Assembly: GCF_009914755.1 (NCBI RefSeq)
Contig: NC_060933.1
Source: the human T2T-CHM13v2.0 reference genome, Homo sapiens
Length of the DNA stretch: 64,000 bases
Strand: one strand, 5' to 3'
Shown: positions 46,713 through 64,000 of the stretch, in pieces
How positions within the stretch are numbered: the stretch's first letter is position 1
Layout of the letters: each line of letters opens with the position of its first letter
Translations under genes and position numbers: made by a program
The notes under the pieces: model-generated
Seen by the model: the letters and a program-made list of their open reading frames with translations, nothing else
Told to the model about the DNA's origin: nothing
The model's database searches: none

Positions 46713-48273
46713 TTATACTGACCATCCTTCCCACTTACTTTATTCAATATTTATTAACAAGCAGTACTGTGGAAAATCAAAGATAAAAGACACAACTCTC
46801 CCTGAAGGTGAGCAGTCCAATGAGAGTCAAGTAAAACCATGAAGTCCAAAGGAAGCATAAAGGGAAGTCAGGGAAAGCTTTCCCTAAGTGAAAACTAAAG
46901 AAAGACTACTAAAGAAAGTAGCCGATAAAACCTGAAGAAAGGCTTTCCAGGGACCAGACACATAAAACCAGACAAGAGAAAAGAGCATCATGCTATAAAG
47001 AAACACTTACTTATACTATTCTCAGATCTTTACCAAAATCACCAGTATGCTTAGGCTTTACCAGACTGTCCAAATAGGAAAGCTTCAGAGTGGGCCCAGG
47101 AATCTACATTAAAAGACTGGCTCAAGAAATCAGTCCAAATTCAGAAAAGAATCACATCTTCAAACCACTCTACCTCACTGTCCCACAGCAGTGGATCTCA
47201 ACAGATGAGGAAATTGCTGCCAAGAAGGTGTTTTGGAAATATATAGGGGCATTCTTCTGGTTGTCACGATAAACGGAAAGACATTAAATGACAGAATGTC
47301 TGAGATTTAAAAAATCTTGTGGGGACAAGGAAGGGAAGGCATATATAAAAAACATGATAAGCTATATATCATTGTTGAAAATCAGAGATAGGTGCATGAA
47401 AGTTCCTAACACTCTACATTTGTGTATGAACAAAATTTTCCATAATCAATTTACAACAGCCAATATAAACAACTGATTTTTAAAAAATCTGTTTTACCTT
47501 TGTCAACTCCCATACACATTGCTAACATTTTGAAAAATAACCAAAAAAGCATAAAGATAACACAAAACTATACTTCAGTAAATATTTTGAAGCTTTTCCA
47601 TCTGCATTCTTTCCTTTATTTGAAATCCTATGATATATAATCCTTTTATCTAAGATAAGCAATTTCCAAGTAACTAACAGAAAATCTTCACAGAACACCA
47701 TTTGCATGATATTCTATATCTAGAAACAGGTCATAATTTAACTATACTCCCATTATTAGACATCTCATTTTTCCCTTTAGTACCTATCCGAAATAGTAAT
47801 ATAATGAATGGCAGAACACATGGTTTGTAAGAATTAAACGAGAATGTATATAAATGCAAACATCAGGTATATAGGCAGTAGTCAATAAATGGTAGCTACT
47901 ACTATGCCAGTTCTCTTAATACTCAACAATTTTTCGAGGAAGAGAGTTTTTAATCCTATTTCAGACACAGAAAAAGAGGTTACAGATGTCTCCCTTCCCC
48001 TCACACTGATACAGCTAATAAACTGGTAGTTAGGATTCAAACTTAGATTTGACTTCAAAGACAAACCTATCCAGATTAACTATTTTCATATGCAAAATGA
48101 GAGGGTAAAACTAGATTTGTGTTTCTTAACCTTAAACTCAGAAATGCTTTCCAAAATTTTTGATATCCCTCGTTATTCTGAAATAAGTGACTTAATTACT
48201 GAACATACAGTTATATAGCATTTTATTGTATTTTAGGATTTGAAGGTAAGATACTAGATTAAACACATGCATC

Positions 48274-50250
<1,977 letters not shown>

Positions 50251-50278
50251 TTGGCTGTGAACTTTTAAGCTGCAGCAG

Positions 50279-50911
<633 letters not shown>

Positions 50912-52184
50912 TCATCTTGGGCAGGTCAACTGAAAGGAAATGGAATGAAGAGAACTTAGTTTTAGGTAGCAGACCAGACTGGATATAAGACATGAAAATG
51001 ACAACAGAGATAATCACCAAAGGCTAAAAGATGATCCATTAACATCGTATGTGGCAGAGACAATTAAAACCTGATATCCAAAACAGCTGTAATCTCAAAA
51101 TCTAATAGAACAGCAATGAATATAGCTCACTTGAACCTCTGGTAACATTTAAAGACAGGAGTCTCCTAACCATGAGTTGTCAGTATCAGTACCTGAAGGA
51201 TAATCAGGGCTTTCTGGACAGACTAAGGGCTTCTCTACAATGTCCTAGATGCAGTAGAGTAGGACACTACACCACACATTCGAAAATTACCTCCATTAAT
51301 CATTATTACACAGCTATGCTGTACCTGGCACCACACACACATTTTCACATTCACTCCTTACAACAAAACCTCAAGAAACCAAACCAAAGTCCTGACAGAC
51401 ACGTGAGAAATCACGTTCACTCACAAAATTACAGAGCTGTTGACAATTAATGTCATAGATACTGGGATCCTCCAACCTCATGGAACTCTTGGTTCTGGAG
51501 GGGTATCTTAGTCTTGAAGTATGAATTTATGGCACTTCATGCTAAAAGTTGGAAAACATGTTAAAAATGGTGATAGCATACAGTACAGTTCTAGGGAACT
51601 ACAGACAACTGCATATGACTACCATTCATAATTCAGTTCTTATTTTAAATTTCAAACCACCAATGTCACCTAATTTAGATACTAGAACCACTTCCAAGTA
51701 GAAGGCTACTGTTAAATTGATTTGTTCTGAGTAAAAAATATACAAAACTTGGAACAAGCAAGCAAAAACCAAGAAATAAGCAACTTTGTAAGTTTAGCTG
51801 TCTGCCACTCTATTTGAAACAAAGGTAAAAGAATCTTAAGTTTAATTGTACCGTGCCAGATATGGTACACTTTTCCGAATAAACCATATTTTAGAAAATT
51901 AAATCAAGTTAAATAATGTAGTGTTTTTATCTAAATGGAATTTGTCCTACAGCTAAAAATTCTGCACGTACTTCAAATATCTTTTACTTCTATTCTGCTT
52001 CCTACAGAATAAAGAGAAAGTTTTCAGATTACACTGTCTTCAAAATTTCTAGAAATTTTATCACTAACATTTGAACGTAACTTCCTTGTCTGTTTAATCT
52101 ACACTTTTATCATACAACAGCAGGAATCAGAAACTAAATAGTATTGATATGGAAAAACTTAATTAGCCATCTTAGAAAATCTCA

Positions 52185-52634
<450 letters not shown>

Positions 52635-53479
52635 TTAAAAAGATTACCTAGATTAACTTATTTTTATCCTTAAGCCTATGTGGTCACTATTAACTCAAAA
52701 TGAAAGATACATGATAGAATGGGCCTCAAAGTATCCATATTTCCTACAAATGTACATCCAACTCTGGTCTTGCACTGATAACCTACAATAACTACAGGCC
52801 AGAGAACTGAAAGCTGAGAATTACTAAACTCTTTCTCAACAACCATAAGAATCAAAATTCTAATGCACCTTGAATAAGCAATGTAATGATTTCAAAATGA
52901 ACCCAGCACAGACAAAACAACTTTCAGCAACCCCATTTTTTTCAACATCATCCAAAAGCCAGGTGTTGCACATGAGTGGATTCTCCAGCTAACTGAAGGT
53001 TACCTCTGTTTGAGCACCAAAATTGTTTTCCATTCTACTGAATGTAATTTTAACTTTTGATAATGCTGAGTTACTGGTGTGAATATCAACTGCTGTTCTG
53101 CAATATAGTGATAACTGTCCAGACTCTCAAGGTATCTTGTATCTGCCTTTTTCTTTTTCTTATTTTTTTTTAACCAGACTGTCAAGTTCTTGTCTTGAAA
53201 GCATGCCTTCTTTCTCCCCTAAATTTTCTATTTTTAATCTGAGGAAGAAGCAGCAAATAATTAAGAGAAGTTAGAAAACCGTATCAAATAAGAGTACGCA
53301 GAGAATGTGAAATGCTGCCCTGAAATGAAAATGTATCAAGATTTAGTGTATCAACTTTTATGGTGCCAATCTCAGCTGCTGAGGGCTGACTTTGCTTACT
53401 CCCTGTTCTCAATTGTTTTTGAGAAGAAAATAAGACACACATATGGAGGAAAGAGAGGAGAATCAAGGTTAGGAAAGAG

Positions 53480-53680
53480 TATTTTTGAAACATGTAGGCC
53501 TGAATTCAAATCTTGGTTTTGCTACATACTAGTTGTGTGACCTGGAGGATGTTACCTGTCTCTGAGCCTTGGTTTCTTCATCAGGAATAGAGATACTTAT
53601 TCTGCAGGGCTGATGGGAGAATTAAGAGACATACGGAAATTTCCTGGGCACAATTCATTCACTAAGACATTCAAATATTG
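53480..53680 (+). mobile_element. MIR
   Basis: ttcaaatcttgg...tgtgtgacctgg...ctctgagccttggtttcttcatc. Confidence 0.8.
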
Positions 53681-54882
53681 CTAATCTAATTATGCAAGGA
53701 TAAACTCTCAACTGTAAACACTCTGAAAATGGAGTTAATCTGACTTTAAAAGCAACATTGTCACCCTTTACAAACATTTCAAAATCCAAACATCCAAACT
53801 TGCTTTTAAACAACCATTCTCCATCTCACCTATTAAACATCCGGGGAGTTGGGAATCAACCTATCCAAAAGTAAAATTTACTTCAGCTCTGAAGATAAAA
53901 CATACACAATTTCATTTCCCGCAGAATCACATATTAACAGCATTTAGCAAGGATTCTCTAAATAGTTATCTGAATACTGTATTCAAATCTTTGCTATTTC
54001 AGTATTTTAAGGCAGAGATCCTTCAAGAGTCTATTTTTGAATTAGCTCCTTACTCAATATTGCTAATAGTATTTGAAAAAATGTCCATAAATCATCCATA
54101 TACATGGTTCTGTCAGTTATCATTCTCCAAGAGTCTGATGTTTAACCTTATAGTAGTCTTATTTAAAACACTGCATAACCCTTTATACAAGGATGCCAAG
54201 TATGAGAAACTACTACACTGAATATGTAACACGTATGAGAAAGGGGCACTCTCTCATAAAACTGTACACAGCCACAAATGTTAGTGTATCGTTCAGAAAA
54301 TTTATTTTTTAGATTCTCTCTAATTTAAATCTGACAAGAATAACAAACTAAATGTTTCACTATTCACATGCTAGGATAGATATACTTCCTTCTATTGCAA
54401 AAACTTAAAACTCAATTCACCGGTGAACAAAAGGCTGTGGGGAAAGAAACCAATATAAGTAAATCATATAAACTCTGAGTCAGGTACTTTATGCATACGA
54501 TGTCACAAAATCCTCCAAACAATGTACTGAAGCAGGTATTACACGATATGTTAAAAATGTAGCCAGTGAGGCTGAGATGATTAAAGCTCCTTACCCATCA
54601 TCAGATTTCTCCAATTCTAAGGTTCATGCTCTCCTTTCTCAAAATATTAATAAGCAAACCAAAACAATAAATCATAAAAATAATAAGTAATAGTCTAATG
54701 AGCTAGTTCTACATGGAAAGACTACCAAGGTAACACAAGTAGAACGAGTAAGATAAAGAAAATTGTGGGTGGTTGACCCCATTTGCTTAACAAAAGGTAA
54801 AAATTATATATGAACATATAAATACCTTTCTGGACAGAATCACCCAAAAAAAAAAAAAAGTTAACTTTACCTTTTATCCTGA

Positions 54883-56768
<1,886 letters not shown>

Positions 56769-56938
56769 ATTCAATGAACTTTAAAGACTGAAAAGCCAGT
56801 CAAAGGAAAGTCAAGGCAGTTTGGGGCAGTGGATCGGTGAGGCCTCCCAAGTTTGTACTGGGTTTGAATCTACAGTCTACTACTTAATATGTGTATGAAT
56901 TTGATCACATTATTAATATGAGTCTCAGTATCTTCTGG

Positions 56939-57777
<839 letters not shown>

Positions 57778-58009
57778 TAAAGTTATGTGACATTTTAAAA
57801 AAATATAATGCATCATGCCTTATAAATCATGCCTGCAATAAATATTGGCCATTATGTCATTGTCATTAACAGCATTTGCAAAGGTTCAAAAAGGGGAAGA
57901 AAGAGCCAGTGATATTTGAGGGTAGGGGAAGAGACAATACAAACTGGCTGAAATGCAATGAAAACAGGAGAAAAGGCAGGTGGAAGCACATCCTGAAAGC
58001 TTTATTAGC

Positions 58010-59355
58010 TGTGCTAATTCAGCAGTCACTAGCTACATATGGCTATTAAGCACCTGAAATGTGGCTACTTCAAACTGAGGTATGCTTAAGTGTAAATTAC
58101 AAAATATATTTCAAAGACTTAGTATTTCAAAATGCAAGATATTTTATAGTCTTTATATCAATTGCACCTTAAAATATTTTAGACATACTGGGTTAAATAA
58201 AGCATATTAAAATTACAATAGCCAAAAGGTGGAAGCAACCCAAGCGACCAGCAACAGATCAATGGATTTTTAAAATGTGGTACATACATATAATGGAATA
58301 TTATTCAGTCATACACAGTAAATTCTGGCTGGGTGCGGTGGCTCACACTTGTATAATCCTAGCACTTTGGGAGACCAAGGGGGCAGATCGCTTGAGCTCA
58401 GGAGTTTGAGACCAACCTGGGCAACATGGTGAAACCCTGTCTCTACAAAAAAATACAAAGTAGCCAAGCATGGTGATGTGAGCTTGCAGTCCCAGCTACT
58501 TGGGGGGCTAAGGCAGGAGGATCACTTGAACTTCAGGAGGTGGAGGCTGCAGCAAGCCATGATTGTGCCACTGCACTCCAGCCTGGGTGACAAAGTGAGA
58601 CCTGTCTCAAAAAAAAAAAAAAAAGTAAATTCTGACACATGCTACAACATAAATGAACCTTGTGGACGTTATACTAAGGGAAATAAGTTAATCACAAAAG
58701 GCCAAACACTGTCTTATTCCACTTATATGAAATACCTAGAGTAGTCAAATTCAGAGACAGAAAGAAGAATGGTGGTTGCTAGAGGTGGGGGAATGGGGAA
58801 AATGGGGAGTTACTGTTTAAACGGTCCAGGGTTTCAGTTTTGCAAGATGAGTTCTGGAAACGGATGGTGGTAACAATTGTACAACAATGTGAATGTACTT
58901 AATGTCACTGAAGTGAACCCTTAAAAATGGTTAACATGATAAATTTTGTTATGTGTGAGTCACCACTATTGAAAACTTGACTTCAGTCCTTCCTTTTGAT
59001 TAAAGTGGCTAATAGGAAAATTACATATGTGGCTCATACTGTTTTTTGTTTTTAAGAGACCAAGTCTCATTCTGTCACCACAGCTGGAATGCTGCGGTGC
59101 AATCATAGCTCAGTGTAACCTCCAAACTCCTGGGCTCAACCTTGCTGGACTAGCTGGGACTACAGGTGTGTGCCACCACACCTAGCTAAATTTTTATTTT
59201 TTTGTAGACAGGCTGGTCTCGAACTCCAGGAGGTGGGGGCTGCAGTGAGCCATGATCACTGAGCCATGGTGCTCAAGCAATCCTGCCACCTTGGCCCCGC
59301 AAAGTGTTGGGATTACAAGCATGAACCACTGAGCCCAGCTCACATTGTATTTCTA
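58010..59355. mobile_element. MER33-like hAT element split by an L1M 3' end (58215-58975) that itself holds an AluJ (58327-58624); further Alu 59042-59340
   Basis: gcagtcactagctacatatggctattaagcacctgaaatgtggcta; resumes at aaattacatatgtggctca; Alu TSD agtaaattct. Confidence 0.75.
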
Positions 59356-59433
59356 TAAAAAATAAGTCATGGTAAAAATTTCCAATGAGAAGTGTTTTGA
59401 TGAACAAGATATATTAACAGGAAGCCCTAATAC

Positions 59434-59580
59434 CAGGGTAAGCAAACTTTCTGTTACGGGCTAGACAGTAAATATTTTTGGCTCTACCAGCCACACGGTC
59501 TATTCTGAAAGGAGCTATAGATAACACATAAGCAAATGGGCACAGTAGATTTCGACTACCAGTTTGCTGGCCTCTGCCCT
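59434..59580. mobile_element. MER58A-like MITE
   Basis: cagggtaagcaaactttctgttacgggctagacagtaaatattt...agtttgctggcctctg. Confidence 0.75.
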
Positions 59581-60119
59581 AAGGCACCCATTATAAGCAA
59601 TGGCTCTTAAATTTTCATAAATTTTGTGAGCCAGTTTAATAACGGTATCTTGAAATCTGCCACAGTGAGAATATTTACATCATGGAAATCCAGCAAACAC
59701 TACAAATCAGTGTTTTTCCTGAAGAACGGGTTGATAAACCAGCATTTACCAACAAACCACTCACTATGTAATGAATTAACTTCTCTCCTATACATCTAAA
59801 ATTATATTCATTATGAACCATCTTTGAAAAGAAATGGATAGCTATTCATATCACTTTCTGTGCTCTGTGGTTCAGATGAGAATCTCCAGCTAAGAAAGGT
59901 GGTTCTAGAAGAGTAATGTTCCAGGCAGAGAAGCAAGAGTGAACATCATGAAGCAGTCAAGAGTTGTGCCTGGAGAGTGGTGACCTGGGGGGAACAGCTT
60001 AAGAGGAAGCTTCCACAAAAGGACTGGGAGCTACCAGATTATGTACATACTACACTCAGTAAAGGTTCAACAATAAGTAGTTATTACTGAATATGTATTA
60101 TTGTACATAATGGACTAGA

Positions 60120-60720
60120 TTCATCTGTAAATAATTTATTGAGCCCTAGGCTCTGGTAACACAATGGTGAACAATCACAGCCCCTCTCTAAAGAGAAGGA
60201 ATCACATAAATATACAATTTTTAGTTGTGATGAATTCTTATCAAAAACAGGCTACTGTGAGAAATCCAACAGGGGATCCCAATCCAGTCTGGACAATCAG
60301 AAATAGATACTACCTGGAGAAACTGACCTTTGCATTAAGATTTAAAGATGGAAAAGGAATGGGCAAAGAGTGTTCTTGCATTCTAGGTAGCAAGAACAAA
60401 CTGTACAGAAGTCCTCAGGCAGGAAAAAAAGTATTAACAGGTCAGGGAACTAGAAGGTCAATGTAGTCAGCCAAGCAAGCAAAGAAAGAAGGCATCTGCA
60501 AAAAATGGAGAGGGCATGGAACCGTATTACACAGGGCCTCGCTACTCCATTATATATTATAAGACCAACAGGGAGCCATTAGCTTTACACAGAGGGTGGC
60601 ATGCTCTGATTAACGTTTTTCAGAGATCACTCTTGGAATGGCTGGTGGGAGAGTTATAGAAGTCAGGCAACTGACCAGTAGGCTACTGCAGTTTCTAGGC
60701 AAGAGGTAATGGCAACTTAC
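60120..60720 (-). mobile_element. L2 fragment
   Basis: aatttattgagccct...ctggtaacacaatggtgaaca...agatcactct...ggctactgcag. Confidence 0.65.
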
Positions 60721-61299
60721 TGGAGCCACTACCCGATATTTTAAGTACGTAATCTATAAAATACGCCACCACAGAAATTTTTGCTCTCAGGACACCATTT
60801 TACAACTTCAGAACTCCAAAGAGTTTTGCTTGTTTAGGTTATAGCTGTTGATATTTATAATATTACAAATTAAAACTGAATAACCTTTAAAAATAAATTC
60901 ATTTAAAAATAATACATTATATATTAATAAAAATAACATCCTTATGAAAAATAACTATTTTCTCAGTGATAAGAGTGGCATTATTTTAAATTTTTGGAAA
61001 TCACTTTAGTCTTGTAATAGAAGACAGCTGGATTTTCACATCTGTTGTCATATCCCACACCTTAAAGACTCTAGCCAAGTGCACTGCCCAGTTTTGAGAA
61101 AATTAGACTGAAAAATAAAAATAACATCTCAGAATTACTATGAAAATAGTTTCATCTCATGGTACCCTTAACAGGGTATGGGGACTCCCCAAACCACAGT
61201 GAGAACTACTGCTCAGATAACAAAAAGCAAATTTGTCTAGCAGGCTGTCCAGTTTTCCTCAGAGTGCCCCCAGCAAAAATAATAATGAAAATAAAAAGC

Positions 61300-62020
61300 A
61301 AAATAATCACAGTAAGATACCATTTCACAGCCAGTAAGATGGCTATAATCACAAAGACAGTAATAAGTATTACCGAGAATGTGGTTATCGGAATCCTCAT
61401 GCATTGCTAGTGGAAATGTAAAATGGTACAGACACCTTAGAAAATAATTTGGCAGCTCCTCATAAAGCTCAACATAGAGCTTTGACCCAGCAATTTCCAC
61501 TCCAAGATCTACACCCAAGAAAAATGAAAACGTTATGTCCCCACAAAAACTTATACATGAGTGTTCAGAGGCATTAGTCACAATAGCCAGAAAGTAGAAA
61601 CAACCCAATGTCCACCACGTGATAGAAAAATAAAATGTGGAATGCTGTTGGCAACACAATGGAATGTTATTCGGCAATAAAAAGGAAGTAAGTACCGGCA
61701 CATGCTTCAACAGGGATGAACCTTGAAAACACTATGCTAAGTGAAAGCCAATCACAAAAGACCACATGATTCCACTTACAACAAACGCCCAGAACAAGCA
61801 AATCTATAGACAAAAAATAGATCAGTAGTTGGCTAAGGCTGGGGGGCCCAGGGAGAAACGAAGGGCAACTGCTAAAGGGTACAGCGTTTCTTTTTGAGGG
61901 TTCTAAACGTTCTAAAATTGACTACACGACCCTGTGAATGTATTACATCAATTACAGACTTTAAAATGGTGAACTGTATGGTAGGCAAATTACACTTCAA
62001 TTACGCTCTTTCTTAAAAAA
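61300..62020 (+). mobile_element. L1M 3' region
   Basis: ggaaatgtaaaatggtacagac...tttgacccagcaattt...gatgaaccttgaaaacactatgctaagtgaaa. Confidence 0.9.
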
Positions 62021-62933
62021 AGCTAAGCAATCTCTGTTAATCAGAATCATTAAATAACGAGTTTTTCAGCTGTCCAGTATTAGAACAAAGCAAATAAGAA
62101 AACAATGATCTCACAGACATTTTTTTTCTCAGATATCTTGCTATACTGATTCAATCCAACCTTCTGGATAAGATGTTGTCCAGCAGAAATATATATAAGC
62201 CACAAGTAATTTAAAAATTTTAAGCAGCCATACTGAAAAAAAAGTTTTTAATAAAAGGTCAAATTAATTTTGATATTTTACTTAACTCACGATCTGCAAA
62301 ATACTATTTCAATACATAATATATCAAAAGTATTAAGATATTTATTTTGTTCATACCAAATTTTCAAAATCTGGTATAAATTTTACACTTAACACATCTC
62401 ACTTTTTAAGTACTTAACCACATGTGGGTGATGGTATCAAAGTGGACAGTATAGTTCTAGATCCACACTATACAGTATAACGTTAAATCATGTGTGTGAT
62501 GATGACCCTAAGGCAAGTTGCCTTATCAAAGAAAGGCTCAATTTGACTCAATACGTTTAAATTATGTCTAAGTATATTAATATTTTCCCAGAAGTTTGCA
62601 CTGACAGAAGGCACTTTCTAAAACCAGAGTATATACTGCCTGAACATTTCAAGTAAATGTACTTCAAAATTTTACACATAACCTAACAGTCTATGAAATC
62701 CCAGAATAAGCTAATTAGAAGTTACACAGAAACTCCCCTCCATTATCTGCACTAATGTCTCACATATATAACTCTCCATTCTTCTAGATGTTATCTTGCT
62801 CGTGGATACTTGGAAATCCTCAAAGCTCTTTTCAATAGCTGATGATGAACAATTAACCAAAAAAAAAAAAATCTCATACACAGGGACTTTGTGCCACTAC
62901 ACATTTATGCTTTTGTATCTATTTACTTACATA

Positions 62934-63295
62934 CAGGTTGAGCATCCCCAGTCCAAAAATATGAAATCTGAAATGCTCCAAAATCTGAAATTTTTTAACA
63001 CCATGACATCACATGTGGAAAAATCCCATATGTAACACCTTTGCTTTCTGATGGTTCAATGTATACAGTTTGTTTCACTCGCAAAATTATTTAAAATATT
63101 GTATAAAATTACCTTTAGGCTCTGTGCATAAAATGTACATGAAATATAACTGAATTTCATGTTTATATTTAGGTGCCATCCCCAAGATATCTCATTATGT
63201 ATATACAAATATTCCAAAATCCAAAAAAAAAGAAAATCCAAAGTCCCAAACACTTCTGGTCCCAAGCATTTCCCATAGGGGATACTCAAAACCTG
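62934..63295. mobile_element. Tigger4b (Zombi)-type MITE
   Basis: TA|CAGGTTGAGCATCCC ... GGGATACTCAAAACCTG|TA terminal inverted repeats. Confidence 0.85.
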
Positions 63296-64000
63296 TATTA
63301 CAAAAATCTCTATTAATGACAGCACCTTGGAATGTACACAGTGCAGTTTATATTCTCACTACCTATTCTAGCAACCTGTAAGTAAAAATTTATGTTACTC
63401 AGTTGATTCTGAGTGCTCCGTGAATAATAAATTTCACTCTAAATTGGAAAAAAGCTTAAGCTTTATTAGTAACCTTGAACAAGTAACATTATTAAATACC
63501 AAATGTATATAGCACTGTAAAAAATTAAGGCAACCTGTTTCTGCCTGTTGGTACTCACGACCAGAAACCAATGGAAAAATAGGAAAATAAATTACCACCT
63601 TACAATTTACCCAAGAAGTTTAACGTAATTTCATCTAATCACTTATTACAGCATGTTCATATAAACAGAATTTTGGTATAATGTGTTAAGGAATCTACAT
63701 TACATAGAAATACTTATTGAAAGAAATTTTAACTTATAGAAAACGGAATTTGTCTGATACAGAGCATAAGCCTTCAATATTATCCTCTGGAGGTCTTCGG
63801 CTTACCCTCTGACCCTCCAAAATTAGGTACAAATTTTAAAGACTAAATATTTCCCAATTTCTAACTGGACACTTTCAGTGGAATTTTAATGTCATTAAGT
63901 ATTTTTAATGACAAATTTTCATTTGTAACAAACAGTTTCAATCAAACCCTTTAAAATTTTTAAATTATAAAATGGCATATCTTTTGTGCTTCAAGTAGAT

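Noticed and set aside
61237-61710. 157-aa minus-strand ORF
   Set aside because: Antisense of an L1 3' region.

Overview
Human-like (hominid) genomic DNA, recognisable as the IDNK-UBQLN1 locus (chr9q21 in human). The + strand carries the last two coding exons and 3' UTR of IDNK (gluconokinase; 1274-~3850). After a ~16 kb spacer made almost entirely of transposon debris, the - strand carries UBQLN1 (ubiquilin-1): coding exons 2-11 (45849 down to 21511) and a ~1.8 kb 3' UTR. Exon 1 lies beyond the window end, so 45850-64000 is intron 1. All ten UBQLN1 exons have GT-AG borders and splice in phase into one open frame ending in the UBA domain (...[10 protein letters not shown]). The rest is >40 Alus plus L1, L2, MIR, solo LTRs and DNA transposons, including adjacent near-full-length Tigger1 and Cheshire-type elements in intron 6. 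Almost all ORFs in the supplied track are repeat or low-complexity artefacts. I see no new gene system. The most interesting hypotheses are at the RNA level: inverted-Alu-flanked exon blocks predicting circRNAs with stop-free or self-overlapping ORFs, an alternative-polyadenylation switch over miRNA sites and a 3' UTR G-quadruplex, and several unusual Alu structures. Repeat subfamily names come from recalled consensus motifs and repeat boundaries are approximate.
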